NCBI GenBank assembly: GCA_030618905.1
Contig: JAUXCL010000003.1
Location: 1-35,020 of the forward strand
Source of the DNA: Bacteroidales bacterium
GTDB taxonomy: Bacteria; Bacteroidota; Bacteroidia; Bacteroidales; B18-G4
Direction of reading: 5' to 3'
DNA length: 35,020 nt
Shown piece after piece: positions 1 through 8,863 of this stretch. A program made the position numbers and the translations under genes. Position 1 is the stretch's first letter. The number at the start of each line of letters is the position of its first letter. The notes under the pieces were generated by a model, which was given only the letters and a program-made list of their open reading frames with translations, was not told where the DNA came from and made no database searches.

Positions 1-39
1 ACGTTTTATCAACATCAAATTTTAAAAATAATAAGAATT

Positions 40-1962
40 ATGACTAAGAAAATTTCAAATTTTGCTGAATACTTCCAGAAGTACCAGGAAAGTGTTAATG
101 ATCCTGAAGGTTTTTGGGGAGAGATTGCAGAGGATTATCAGTGGCATAAAAAATGGGACAAGGTACTTGAGTGGTCATTCACCGGACCAAAAGCACCCGA
201 TGTAAATTGGTTTATTAATGGCAAGCTCAATATCACAGAAAATATTTTTGAACGTCATCTGCCAGAAAGGAAGGACCAGATTGCATTGGTATGGGAGCCT
301 AATGATCCCAAAGAAGATGTCGTCAATTACACTTATGGTGAACTCTATGAGAAAGTCTGTCAGTTTGCCAATGCCCTTAAGGGTCTTGGTATAAAAAAAG
401 GTGACAGGGTAGCTATTTACCTTCCCATGGTTCCGGAATTAACTATCGCCATGCTGGCCTGTGCAAGGATCGGAGCTATTCACTCTATCGTTTTTGCCGG
501 ATTCTCTGCCAATTCATTATCCGACAGAATCATTGATGCTGAATGTAACCTGGTGATCACTTCTGATGGCGGTTATCGTGGTGCCAAGAGCATTTCTTTG
601 AAATCAATCGTAGATGATGCCCTCAAATCATGCCCGACAGTTAAGCATACAGTTGTCCTCAAGAGAACTGGTGATGACATTAACTTTGTTGAAGGCAGAG
701 ATATCTGGTGGGATGATTTCATTGCCGGAGTGGATACAAAAAATGAAGCCGAGGTCATGGATGCTGAAGATACACTTTTCGTACTCTATACTTCAGGTTC
801 GACAGGAAAACCAAAAGGAGTACTCCATACTACTGCCGGATACATGATTTTTGCAGAGTATACCTTCAAGAATGTATTCCAATATAACGATGGAGACATT
901 TATTGGTGTACGGCCGACATTGGTTGGGTAACAGGACATACCTATATTGTTTACGGACCGCTGTTGGCAGGAGCCACTTCGGTCATGTTTGAAGGTGTTC
1001 CCACATGGCCGGATGCAGGCCGCTTCTGGGAAATAGTCAACAAACACAAAGTCAACCAGTTTTACACAGCTCCAACCGCCATCCGTGCTTTGATCGTTCA
1101 TGGCAATGAGTTTGTGACCAAACATGATTTGAGTTCTCTTAAGGTTCTTGGAACCGTCGGTGAACCCATTAATGAGGAAGCCTGGCGCTGGTACCATGAT
1201 GTGGTAGGAAAAGGCAACTGCCCAATTGTGGATACCTGGTGGCAAACTGAAACAGGCGGAATCCTGATCACTCCATTGGCAGGGATCACGCCAACCAAAC
1301 CATCATTTGCTACTTTACCATTGCCTGGCGTACAACCTCTTTTGGTTGACAATGAAGGCAATGAACTAAAAGGCAATAGTGTGGAAGGCAACCTCTGTAT
1401 CAAATTCCCATGGCCGGGAATGATCAGAACAACTTATGGCGACCATGACCGTTGTTACCAGACCTATTTCTCAACTTATAAAGGATTGTATTTCACCGGT
1501 GACGGTGCCAAGCGGGACGAAGAAGGTTATTACAGGATCATGGGGCGTGTGGATGATGTGATCAATGTATCCGGACACCGTCTGGGAACTGCCGAGATCG
1601 AAGATGCCATCAACCAGCATCCTAAAGTCAATGAATCAGCTGTGATCGGCTATCCACATGAGATTAAAGGACAGGGCATTTATGCATATGTCACATGTGA
1701 GGCATTATCTGCTGATGAGGCTGATAGTATTGAAAATGACATCAGGGCTACTGTCAACAAGATCATTGGACCCATTGCCAAGCCTGATAAGATCCAGATC
1801 GTAAGCGGACTTCCCAAGACACGTTCAGGTAAGATCATGCGTCGTATCCTGCGTAAAATTGGTGAAGGTGATGCAACGAATCTTGGTGATATTTCAACAT
1901 TGCTTGATCCGGGTGTGGTTGATGAGATCGTTACCGGTGCCAAAGTAGAAGTCAAACGCTAG
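40..1962 (+). CDS. acs: Acetyl-CoA synthetase (AMP-forming)
   Basis: 640 aa with YTSGSTGKPKG, WCTADIGWVTGH, DTWWQTETGG, YFTGDG and the C-terminal PKTRSGKIMRR motif (acetylatable Lys at about K598). Confidence 0.97.
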   Translation: MTKKISNFAEYFQKYQESVNDPEGFWGEIAEDYQWHKKWDKVLEWSFTGPKAPDVNWFINGKLNITENIFERHLPERKDQIALVWEPNDPKEDVVNYTYGELYEKVCQFANALKGLGIKKGDRVAIYLPMVPELTIAMLACARIGAIHSIVFAGFSANSLSDRIIDAECNLVITSDGGYRGAKSISLKSIVDDALKSCPTVKHTVVLKRTGDDINFVEGRDIWWDDFIAGVDTKNEAEVMDAEDTLFVLYTSGSTGKPKGVLHTTAGYMIFAEYTFKNVFQYNDGDIYWCTADIGWVTGHTYIVYGPLLAGATSVMFEGVPTWPDAGRFWEIVNKHKVNQFYTAPTAIRALIVHGNEFVTKHDLSSLKVLGTVGEPINEEAWRWYHDVVGKGNCPIVDTWWQTETGGILITPLAGITPTKPSFATLPLPGVQPLLVDNEGNELKGNSVEGNLCIKFPWPGMIRTTYGDHDRCYQTYFSTYKGLYFTGDGAKRDEEGYYRIMGRVDDVINVSGHRLGTAEIEDAINQHPKVNESAVIGYPHEIKGQGIYAYVTCEALSADEADSIENDIRATVNKIIGPIAKPDKIQIVSGLPKTRSGKIMRRILRKIGEGDATNLGDISTLLDPGVVDEIVTGAKVEVKR

Positions 1963-1985
1963 TTCATGAATCAAAAAAAACACAC

Positions 1986-3230
1986 ATGGAAAAACAAAAA
2001 GTTATGAACCGTGGCCTGGTAGTGTTGGGTGCAATACTTATTCAACTTGCACTCGGTGCCATTTATGCATGGTCAGTATTTACACCATCACTTGCTGAAG
2101 CTGGCTGGACTAAAGAAGAGACCCAATGGGTTTTCGCTATCGGGCTTGTGTCTTTCGCTGTCTTCATGGTTTTTGCCGGCAAAAGGTTGAATGCCTGGGG
2201 CCCGCAAAAATTAGCTGTTATTGGTGGACTTGTACTTGGACTGGGATATGTTCTGGGTGGCATGATCGGCGGAACCAGTTTCTGGGCCTTACTGGTCCTT
2301 ATTGGATTGGTCGGAGGTGCAGGTATTGGATTTGCATACGTGGTACCCATCGCAGTGGGTATGCGCTGGTTCCCTGATAAAAAGGGTATGATTACCGGAT
2401 TGGCCGTGGCCGGATTCGGTTTTGGTGCCATGCTGTGGGTAAAACTCGCCGGATCATGGGGGCACCTGATTGAAAACATGGGATTGTCTTCGACATTTAT
2501 GGCTTATGGAGTTGCATTCGCCGCAATGGTGATCATTGGCGGCCTGTGGATGAAATTCCCCCCGGCAGGATGGAAACCTGAAGGGTATGAAGAAAAGCAA
2601 GCTGCTGCTTCAGTTAAAGCTGACATTGAATTCAACAGCAGTGATATGCTTAAAAAGCTTCAGTTTTATCTTATCTTCTTCACTTTTGTTTTTAGTGCAG
2701 GAGCCGGGCTGATGTCGATCGGGTTGATGAAACTGTATCCCATGGAAGCACTGCAAAATGCGGGCATGAGTGCACTGGAAGCCAGCGCCATTGCAGGAAC
2801 AGCCATGGCGGTTTTCTTCAGCCTGGCCAATGGACTGGGAAGAATTATCTGGGGAATGATGAGCGATAAACTGGGTAGAAAGACATCCATCATCATCATG
2901 ACCGCTACTCAGGGTATTATCGTTATCCTATTCACCTTTATGGCAGGCAACGAATACCTGCTGTACCTTGGTGCAACCCTTATCGGATTTAACTTTGGCG
3001 GTAACTTTGCTTTATTCCCAACGATCACTGCCGATACTTTTGGTGCCAAGAATGTTGGACAAAATTATCCCTTTATCTTCCTGGCTTATGGTGTTGGGGG
3101 TATCATCGGACCTATCCTCGGGGGTAAAATGGGTGATATTGGCAACTTCCCAATGGCATTTACCATCTCCGGTATAGCAGTTCTGGTAGGAACTCTACTT
3201 ATCATTATGGTAAAACCGGCCAAGAAATGA
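1986..3230 (+). CDS. MFS transporter, OFA (oxalate:formate antiporter / YhjX-like) family
   Basis: 414 aa, about 12 hydrophobic segments; GAIYAWSVF, RWFPDKKGMITGLAVAGFGFG, NGLGRIIWG.MSDKLGRK and FGAKNVGQNY are typical of OFA-family members. Starts 23 nt after the acs stop. Confidence 0.88.
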   Translation: MEKQKVMNRGLVVLGAILIQLALGAIYAWSVFTPSLAEAGWTKEETQWVFAIGLVSFAVFMVFAGKRLNAWGPQKLAVIGGLVLGLGYVLGGMIGGTSFWALLVLIGLVGGAGIGFAYVVPIAVGMRWFPDKKGMITGLAVAGFGFGAMLWVKLAGSWGHLIENMGLSSTFMAYGVAFAAMVIIGGLWMKFPPAGWKPEGYEEKQAAASVKADIEFNSSDMLKKLQFYLIFFTFVFSAGAGLMSIGLMKLYPMEALQNAGMSALEASAIAGTAMAVFFSLANGLGRIIWGMMSDKLGRKTSIIIMTATQGIIVILFTFMAGNEYLLYLGATLIGFNFGGNFALFPTITADTFGAKNVGQNYPFIFLAYGVGGIIGPILGGKMGDIGNFPMAFTISGIAVLVGTLLIIMVKPAKK

Positions 3231-3243
3231 CACTTGTAATCTT

Positions 3244-3281
3244 AAAAAAAAAGATGCTTGTTTCCAGGCATCTTTTTTTTT
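3244..3281. terminator. Intrinsic (probably bidirectional) terminator after acs-MFS
   Basis: A-run + GATGC(TTG)-TTTC-(CAG)GCATC + T-run: a hairpin flanked by A and T tracts, 13 nt after the MFS stop. Confidence 0.88.
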
Positions 3282-3296
3282 GTCCAGGTGAAAAAA

Positions 3297-3330
3297 TTTG
3301 TTGCGCAAATGATATTGTTTTCTACTTTTG
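3297..3330 (+). promoter_or_regulatory. Bacteroidota housekeeping promoter for the acyl-CoA synthetase/GNAT gene
   Basis: TACTTTTG (3323-3330) matches -7 TAnnTTTG; TTTG/TTG at 3297-3303 is 19-22 nt upstream, fitting the -33 box. Confidence 0.65.
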
Positions 3331-3398
3331 TGAACTGTTTAACAGAGCCTGACCGGAGGGGCTTTCACTGAATATAATATTATAAATATCAATATATT

Positions 3399-6080
3399 AT
3401 GGCGCTTAAAATATTAGATAAAATATTCAAACCTCAACGTATTGCCATCGTCGGGGTATCATCCAATGCACAAAATGTTGGAAATATCGCTTTAAAAAAC
3501 CTGGTTGCGGGAGGTTTTAATGGAGTGGTTTACCCGATTAACCCAAAACATGAAGCCGTGATGGGCATTCAATGTTATCCTGATATAGATAATCTGCCCA
3601 AAGTGCCTGATCTGGTCGTTATCTGCACGGCAGCAAAGTCTGTTCCAGGACTGGTGAAACAGTGTGGAGAGGCAGGAATCCTTGGTATTATCATTATGTC
3701 TGCAGGTTTTAAGGAGTCAGGCGAAGCGGGAAGAAAACTTGAGGCACAGGTGCAAGCAGAGGTCAATATGTATCCGGGAATGCATGTGATCGGGCCGAAC
3801 TGCCTTGGAGTGATCGTTCCTGGCATGAATATGAATGTCAGTTTTGCAGCCAACATGCCCAGGAAAGGGAATGTAGCTTTCATATCACAATCCGGAGCCT
3901 TGTGTACTTCGGTATTAGACTGGGCCATAGAGCAAAAGGTTGGGTTCTCCAATTTCGTTTCTATTGGAAATACAATGGATGTAGGATTTGGTGACCTGAT
4001 CGACTATTTCGGACAGGATCCCAACACGAAGTCCATTGTACTTTATGTTGAGTCCATCACCAGGTCCCGGGAATTCATGACTGCGGCAAGAGCATTTGCC
4101 CGCAAGAAACCAATCATCGTGTACAAAGCCGGACGTTTTCCTGAATCAGCAAAGGCTGCCGCATCACATACAGGTGCCATGGCTTCTGAAGACAATATTT
4201 ATGATGCCGCATTCGAAAGAGCCGGTATCGCCAGGGTATACGACATCGGTGATATTTTTGACTTTACAGATCTGATTGCACGACGGAATATTCCAAAGGG
4301 AAGAAAGATTGCTATCGTCACCAATGCAGGCGGGCCGGGTGTAATGGCAACGGATACTTTAATTTCCCTTGGTGGTAAACTGACCGAGTTATCCGAAGAG
4401 ACCATGGAGAAGCTGAATGCAGTCCTGCCACCTTTCTGGTCGCACGGTAACCCCGTGGATGTTATCGGAGATGCACCCCCGGAAAGGTTTTCAAAAGCCA
4501 CTGAGATCGTGTTGGAAGACCAGAATGTGGATGCGGTACTGGTAATCCTTACCCCACAGGCCATGACTGCCCCCACGGAAACAGCCTCAGCCATATCAGA
4601 ACTTGCCAGGCATACGTCCAAGCCAATTATGGCTGCCTGGCTGGGCGGTAAAAGCATGCGGGAAGGCCTTCAGGTTTTCAATGATAATAATATTGCGGCT
4701 TATGCTACCCCGGAACAGGCCATCCGTGCTTTCATGACACTGGCAAAGTATTCCAGAAACCTGGAGATCCTTTATGAAACACCAAAATCGGTACCTGTTG
4801 ATTTTACAATTGACAGGAAAAAAGTAAGGAAAGAGTTTGAGAAAAAATATTTCAACAAAGAAAAAATACTCTCTGAGGATGTTTCCAAAAAGCTGATTGA
4901 TGCTTATGGCATTCCTGTGACCCAGCCACAACCTGCACATTCAGCATTAGAAGCGGCAGATATAGCCAATAAAATTGGTTACCCGGTAGTCATCAAAATA
5001 TTATCTCCCGACATCACACATAAGTCCGACATGGGAGGAGTGGCCCTGAACATTAAAGATGAGAACGCTGTGTGGATGACTTATAAAAACATGACAGAGA
5101 CCATTGCCGGGAAAATGCCAAAAGCAAAGATTGAAGGGGTAACCGTTCAGCCAATGTTTAACAAGAAAGATGCCATTGAATTGATACTTGGCATCAAAAA
5201 GGATCCGATTTTCGGTACCTGTATCATGGTTGGTATGGGGGGTACTGCGGCTGAGTTGCTCAAAGATAAATCCCTGGGATTTCCCCCCTTAAATGAGCGC
5301 CTGGCCAGAAGGATGCTTGAGAACCTTAAGATGTATCCACTGCTACAAGGGTATCGTGGGTCCAAGCCTCAAAACGTCGACAAACTGATTGAAGTGATGA
5401 TCCGGCTGTCTTATCTTGCTGCAGATTATCCGGAAATTGAAGAATTGGATATAAATCCATTGCTGGTAACCCCGGAAGACGTGATCGCCCTGGATGCAAG
5501 GATCGTGATAGATCAGGACATTAACGTTGCCGATATGATACCATTCTCACATCTGGTATTGCGCCCTTATCCTGAGCGCTATGTAAAGAAAAGCAAACTC
5601 CGTGATGGACAGGAGATAATACTCAGGCCAATCAAACCGGAGGATGAACCATTATGGCTGGAAATGCTAGGCAGTTGTTCTAAGGAGTCAATCTATTCCC
5701 GGTTCCGTTATAACTTTCATTTTGATTCCCATGAAGTAGCCACTCAATTCTGTTATATTGATTATTCCAGGGAAATAGGAATCGTCGCAGAAATTGAGAA
5801 AAAAGGAAGAAAACGCCTGATTGGTGTTGGAAGATTAATCACCGATGCCGATTTTGAAGTTGCAGAATATGCTGTATTGATAATTGATGAATACCAGAAA
5901 AAAGAACTTGGAACAATCCTGACAAAATATTGTACAGAGATAGCAGCAGAAAATAAATTAAAGCGGGTGATTGCTTATACCACAAAAAATAATCAACCCA
6001 TGATCCAGGTCTTCAAAAAGATCGGCTTCCAGGTTGAATATAATGAAGATAATATTGTCAGTGTCATTAAAGACCTGTAA
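3399..6080 (+). CDS. ADP-forming acyl-CoA synthetase-like (CoA-binding, ligase, ATP-grasp) fused to a C-terminal GNAT; Pat/PatZ (Pka)-type architecture
   Basis: 893 aa; IGPNCLG, SQSGAL, FVSIGN, AASHTGA, TNAGGPGV, NPVD, ITHKSDMGGV, ELDINPL; GNAT begins at LRPIKPEDE and includes AEYAVLI. Confidence 0.92.
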   Translation: MALKILDKIFKPQRIAIVGVSSNAQNVGNIALKNLVAGGFNGVVYPINPKHEAVMGIQCYPDIDNLPKVPDLVVICTAAKSVPGLVKQCGEAGILGIIIMSAGFKESGEAGRKLEAQVQAEVNMYPGMHVIGPNCLGVIVPGMNMNVSFAANMPRKGNVAFISQSGALCTSVLDWAIEQKVGFSNFVSIGNTMDVGFGDLIDYFGQDPNTKSIVLYVESITRSREFMTAARAFARKKPIIVYKAGRFPESAKAAASHTGAMASEDNIYDAAFERAGIARVYDIGDIFDFTDLIARRNIPKGRKIAIVTNAGGPGVMATDTLISLGGKLTELSEETMEKLNAVLPPFWSHGNPVDVIGDAPPERFSKATEIVLEDQNVDAVLVILTPQAMTAPTETASAISELARHTSKPIMAAWLGGKSMREGLQVFNDNNIAAYATPEQAIRAFMTLAKYSRNLEILYETPKSVPVDFTIDRKKVRKEFEKKYFNKEKILSEDVSKKLIDAYGIPVTQPQPAHSALEAADIANKIGYPVVIKILSPDITHKSDMGGVALNIKDENAVWMTYKNMTETIAGKMPKAKIEGVTVQPMFNKKDAIELILGIKKDPIFGTCIMVGMGGTAAELLKDKSLGFPPLNERLARRMLENLKMYPLLQGYRGSKPQNVDKLIEVMIRLSYLAADYPEIEELDINPLLVTPEDVIALDARIVIDQDINVADMIPFSHLVLRPYPERYVKKSKLRDGQEIILRPIKPEDEPLWLEMLGSCSKESIYSRFRYNFHFDSHEVATQFCYIDYSREIGIVAEIEKKGRKRLIGVGRLITDADFEVAEYAVLIIDEYQKKELGTILTKYCTEIAAENKLKRVIAYTTKNNQPMIQVFKKIGFQVEYNEDNIVSVIKDL

Positions 6081-6085
6081 ATCTA

Positions 6086-6652
6086 TCAGGCTTCGATAAC
6101 ATTACAGAGGTTCGTAAATATATCTTCAATAGAACCCACACCGTTTATTCCGGCAAACAGCCCCTTTTCGTCATAATAATTGATCAGGGGCCGGGTTTGT
6201 GTTTTATAAACATTTAGCCTGTTGCTGATCACTTCTTCATTATCATCACTGCGCCCTTCCAACTCAGCACGTTTTAAAAGTCTGCTGATCACTTCCTGGT
6301 CGTTCACCTCCAGGGCCAATACATTCGTGATTTCAGCATGCAATTCGGGCATCAGCTTATCCAGGTCTTCCGCCTGTGGGATGGTCCTTGGGAAACCATC
6401 AAAGATGAAACCTTCAGGATTCACATGCTTTTCCATTTCACTTCGGAGAATATCGATCAGTAGTTCATCAGGGACAAGCTCACCTTTTTCCATGTAGCCT
6501 TGTGCTTTGATGCCAAGAGGTGTTTTTTCTTTCAGTTCACGCCGAAATATATCCCCGGTAGATATATGTACCAGGCCATATTTTTCAGCAACTTTTATGG
6601 ATTGCGTGCCTTTCCCTGATCCGGGAGGGCCAAAGAGAATAATGTTCATCAT
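6086..6652 (-). CDS. adk: Adenylate kinase (short LID type)
   Basis: GPPGSGKGTQ P-loop, HISTGDIFR, GELVPDE, FDGFPRT, GRSDDN. Start moved from 6712 to the ATG-ATG at 6652/6649 because a -7 promoter box lies at 6695-6702. Confidence 0.96.
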   Translation of the reverse strand: MMNIILFGPPGSGKGTQSIKVAEKYGLVHISTGDIFRRELKEKTPLGIKAQGYMEKGELVPDELLIDILRSEMEKHVNPEGFIFDGFPRTIPQAEDLDKLMPELHAEITNVLALEVNDQEVISRLLKRAELEGRSDDNEEVISNRLNVYKTQTRPLINYYDEKGLFAGINGVGSIEDIFTNLCNVIEA

Positions 6653-6694
6653 AAACCAGAAATTTTTGTGGTGATCAATAGAACTTAATACTGA

Positions 6695-6723
6695 CAAAAA
6701 TAGCCAAATCAAAGGAATAGCAA
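6695..6723 (-). promoter_or_regulatory. Bacteroidota promoter for adk
   Basis: Minus strand TATTTTTG at 6702-6695; TTG about 18 nt upstream (6723-6721). Confidence 0.6.
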
Positions 6724-6737
6724 TAGGAAATATTCAC

Positions 6738-6745
6738 TAAATTTG
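6738..6745 (+). promoter_or_regulatory. -7 promoter box for the DUF4271 gene (divergent from adk)
   Basis: TAAATTTG matches TAnnTTTG. It overlaps the ORF-track TTG start at 6743, so the true start is probably downstream. Confidence 0.55.
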
Positions 6746-6802
6746 CCGTATCTGACGAATTCCTCACATGCATTGCTAGCACAACAAAGCATAAATACAA
6801 GC

Positions 6803-7597
6803 ATGGATACAGCAAGTCAAAACACTTTGCTGACAGGTACAGACTCGACACTTCTGCGCGACACTGATACTTTAGAGCTTGCTGTTGAACCTGTATATTC
6901 CCTGTTTAGCGATCAGGATGTCCCTGTAATTCCAAGGGCACTTAAAAAGCCGGAAGCCATTCATAATGATTGGGTTTTCGTCCTGATTATCCTTGGTTTT
7001 GCCTTGTTGGCTTTTGTTCAGGTATTCTATAAGCGGCGACTCAAAATGATTTTCCAGGGGGTCTATGCACGACATTATGCATCACAATTATTACGTGAGG
7101 GAAATATCTTCAATGAAAGAATTTCCATTTTTCTATTCCTGATTTACCTTATCTCCTTTTCGGTTTTTCTCTATGAAGGATTCAAGATTTTCAGTCTCCA
7201 TACAGGGTTTATTCCCGACTTCATTTTTTACCTGGAATTATTGGCCGTCATTTTCGTCTATTGGATATTAAAAGCCGTATTGATACAGGTATCGGGTATT
7301 ATCTTTACCACCCGACAACGCTCCTTCGAATACTTACTTAATTTATTTATGATCAACCTGGTAATCGGGCTTTTCTTCCTTTGTATCCTGCTTCCTATGA
7401 TCTATTTAAATGGCAAGGTTTTCTTTTTCACAGGCCTGGGATTCCTCTTCATAATGTTCGTGTTTAAACTGGTCAAGGGTCTTGCAATTGGATTTTCTTA
7501 TACAAAATTTTCCAGATTCCATTTATTTTTATATCTTTGCACCCTCGAAATTTTACCTCTGGTACTGTTGTTAAAGTTTCTGTCAACTAAAATATAA
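6803..7597 (+). CDS. DUF4271-like membrane protein
   Basis: Multiple TM segments, C-terminal LFLYLCTLEILP motif, located directly upstream of the hemD-like gene as is usual in Bacteroidota. Start uncertain (ATG 6803 or TTG 6773; ORF track gives 6743). Confidence 0.75.
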   Translation: MDTASQNTLLTGTDSTLLRDTDTLELAVEPVYSLFSDQDVPVIPRALKKPEAIHNDWVFVLIILGFALLAFVQVFYKRRLKMIFQGVYARHYASQLLREGNIFNERISIFLFLIYLISFSVFLYEGFKIFSLHTGFIPDFIFYLELLAVIFVYWILKAVLIQVSGIIFTTRQRSFEYLLNLFMINLVIGLFFLCILLPMIYLNGKVFFFTGLGFLFIMFVFKLVKGLAIGFSYTKFSRFHLFLYLCTLEILPLVLLLKFLSTKI

Positions 7598-7642
7598 TAA
7601 ATTAAGGTACTGGGGTTTAACTAAGTTGTTGAACAAAATTTC

Positions 7643-8398
7643 ATGACAGTGAAGGTGAAAAACATTCTGGTTTCACAACCAAAACCTGCAGATCTTGATA
7701 AATCTCCTTACGGAGAACTCTCAAAAAGGCACAATTTAAACATTGACTTTTATAAATTCATTAAGATTGAGGGGGTACAATCCAAAGATTTCAGGAAAGA
7801 GAGGATAAGTATTCTTGATCACTCGGCGATTATTTTCACAAGCCGGAACGCGGTTGACCATTTCTTCAGGATGAGTAAGGATATGCGGCTTGAGATACCT
7901 GATACCATGAAGTACTTTTGTATTTCAGAATCTACAGCTTTCTATCTTCAAAAATATGTTCAATATCGCAAGCGTAAGATCTTTCATGGCAGGCAAAGTT
8001 TTGATCAGTTGATGGAGATGATCAAGAAACACAAGGATGAGAAGTATCTTCTTCCTTGCTCTGAGATTCACAAAGAGAGTATTTCCAGGCTGCTTGAGTC
8101 AAACAATATAGAATTTACAAAGGCAATCCTGTATAAAACCCTTGCCAGTGATCTTTCGAGCATTGTTATTGACAAGTACGACATGTTGATATTCTTTAGT
8201 CCCCTGGGTGTAAAATCATTGTTTAAGAATTTTCCTGAGTTCAAACAGAATTCAACCCTTATTGCTGCTTTTGGTCCTACTACTGCCAAAGCGGTTAAAG
8301 AAGCAGGATTGACACTTGATATTCAGGCCCCGACTAAAACCGCTCCATCAATGACCATGGCCATTGATCAGCACATTCAGAAGAAGGGCAAAAAATAA
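7643..8398 (+). CDS. hemD: Uroporphyrinogen-III synthase (HemD)-family protein, Bacteroidota type
   Basis: KVKNILVSQPKP, IIFTSRNAVDHFF, YFCISE..A.YLQKYVQYRKRKI, FFSP.G, AAFGPTT, PSMTMA. Confidence 0.85.
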   Translation: MTVKVKNILVSQPKPADLDKSPYGELSKRHNLNIDFYKFIKIEGVQSKDFRKERISILDHSAIIFTSRNAVDHFFRMSKDMRLEIPDTMKYFCISESTAFYLQKYVQYRKRKIFHGRQSFDQLMEMIKKHKDEKYLLPCSEIHKESISRLLESNNIEFTKAILYKTLASDLSSIVIDKYDMLIFFSPLGVKSLFKNFPEFKQNSTLIAAFGPTTAKAVKEAGLTLDIQAPTKTAPSMTMAIDQHIQKKGKK

Positions 8399-8439
8399 AA
8401 AGCACATTCACTTGTTATAACCTTTAGTCCTCCACCTGC

Positions 8440-8820
8440 ATGCACAAATTCCGAAAAGAAGAAAGGCTGTGTGGAAAAAAAAACATACAAGGTCTTTTTT
8501 CCCGGGGAAAATCTTTTTATTTACATCCATTTAAGGTATACTGGATCGATGGAGACGCTGACAGTTCCTACCCCGCCCGTGTTTTAATCTCTGTGTCTAA
8601 AAGAACTATTCGCTTAGCCGTTCGTAGAAACTTGTTAAAAAGACGGATGCGGGAAGCATACCGCAGGAATAAAGCATTTTATTATGACTTTTTAACAAGC
8701 CGGGATAAACATTATTATCTGGGCATAGTTTATATTGGCAAGGAAAGCATTTCTTATGCTGAAATTGAACAGAAAATAATTCAAATTCTGAAACGTTTGT
8801 TAGCTGAGTGTAAAGGCTAA
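8440..8820 (+). CDS. rnpA: Ribonuclease P protein component
   Basis: 126 aa basic protein; F.KEERL, ISVSKR, AVRRNLLKRRMREAYR (RNR motif). Confidence 0.93.
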   Translation: MHKFRKEERLCGKKNIQGLFSRGKSFYLHPFKVYWIDGDADSSYPARVLISVSKRTIRLAVRRNLLKRRMREAYRRNKAFYYDFLTSRDKHYYLGIVYIGKESISYAEIEQKIIQILKRLLAECKG

Positions 8821-8863
8821 ATAAAACGAGCTTACTTATATTAACATATACACTGATCAACAT

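Noticed and set aside
6653-6802. N-terminal extensions of adk (from 6712) and DUF4271 (from 6743)
   Set aside because: Both extended starts overlap or lie upstream of consensus -7 promoter boxes, so the shorter starts fit better. The ChaN-like (10515) and small GNAT (25762) extensions were trimmed because they overlap neighbouring genes.
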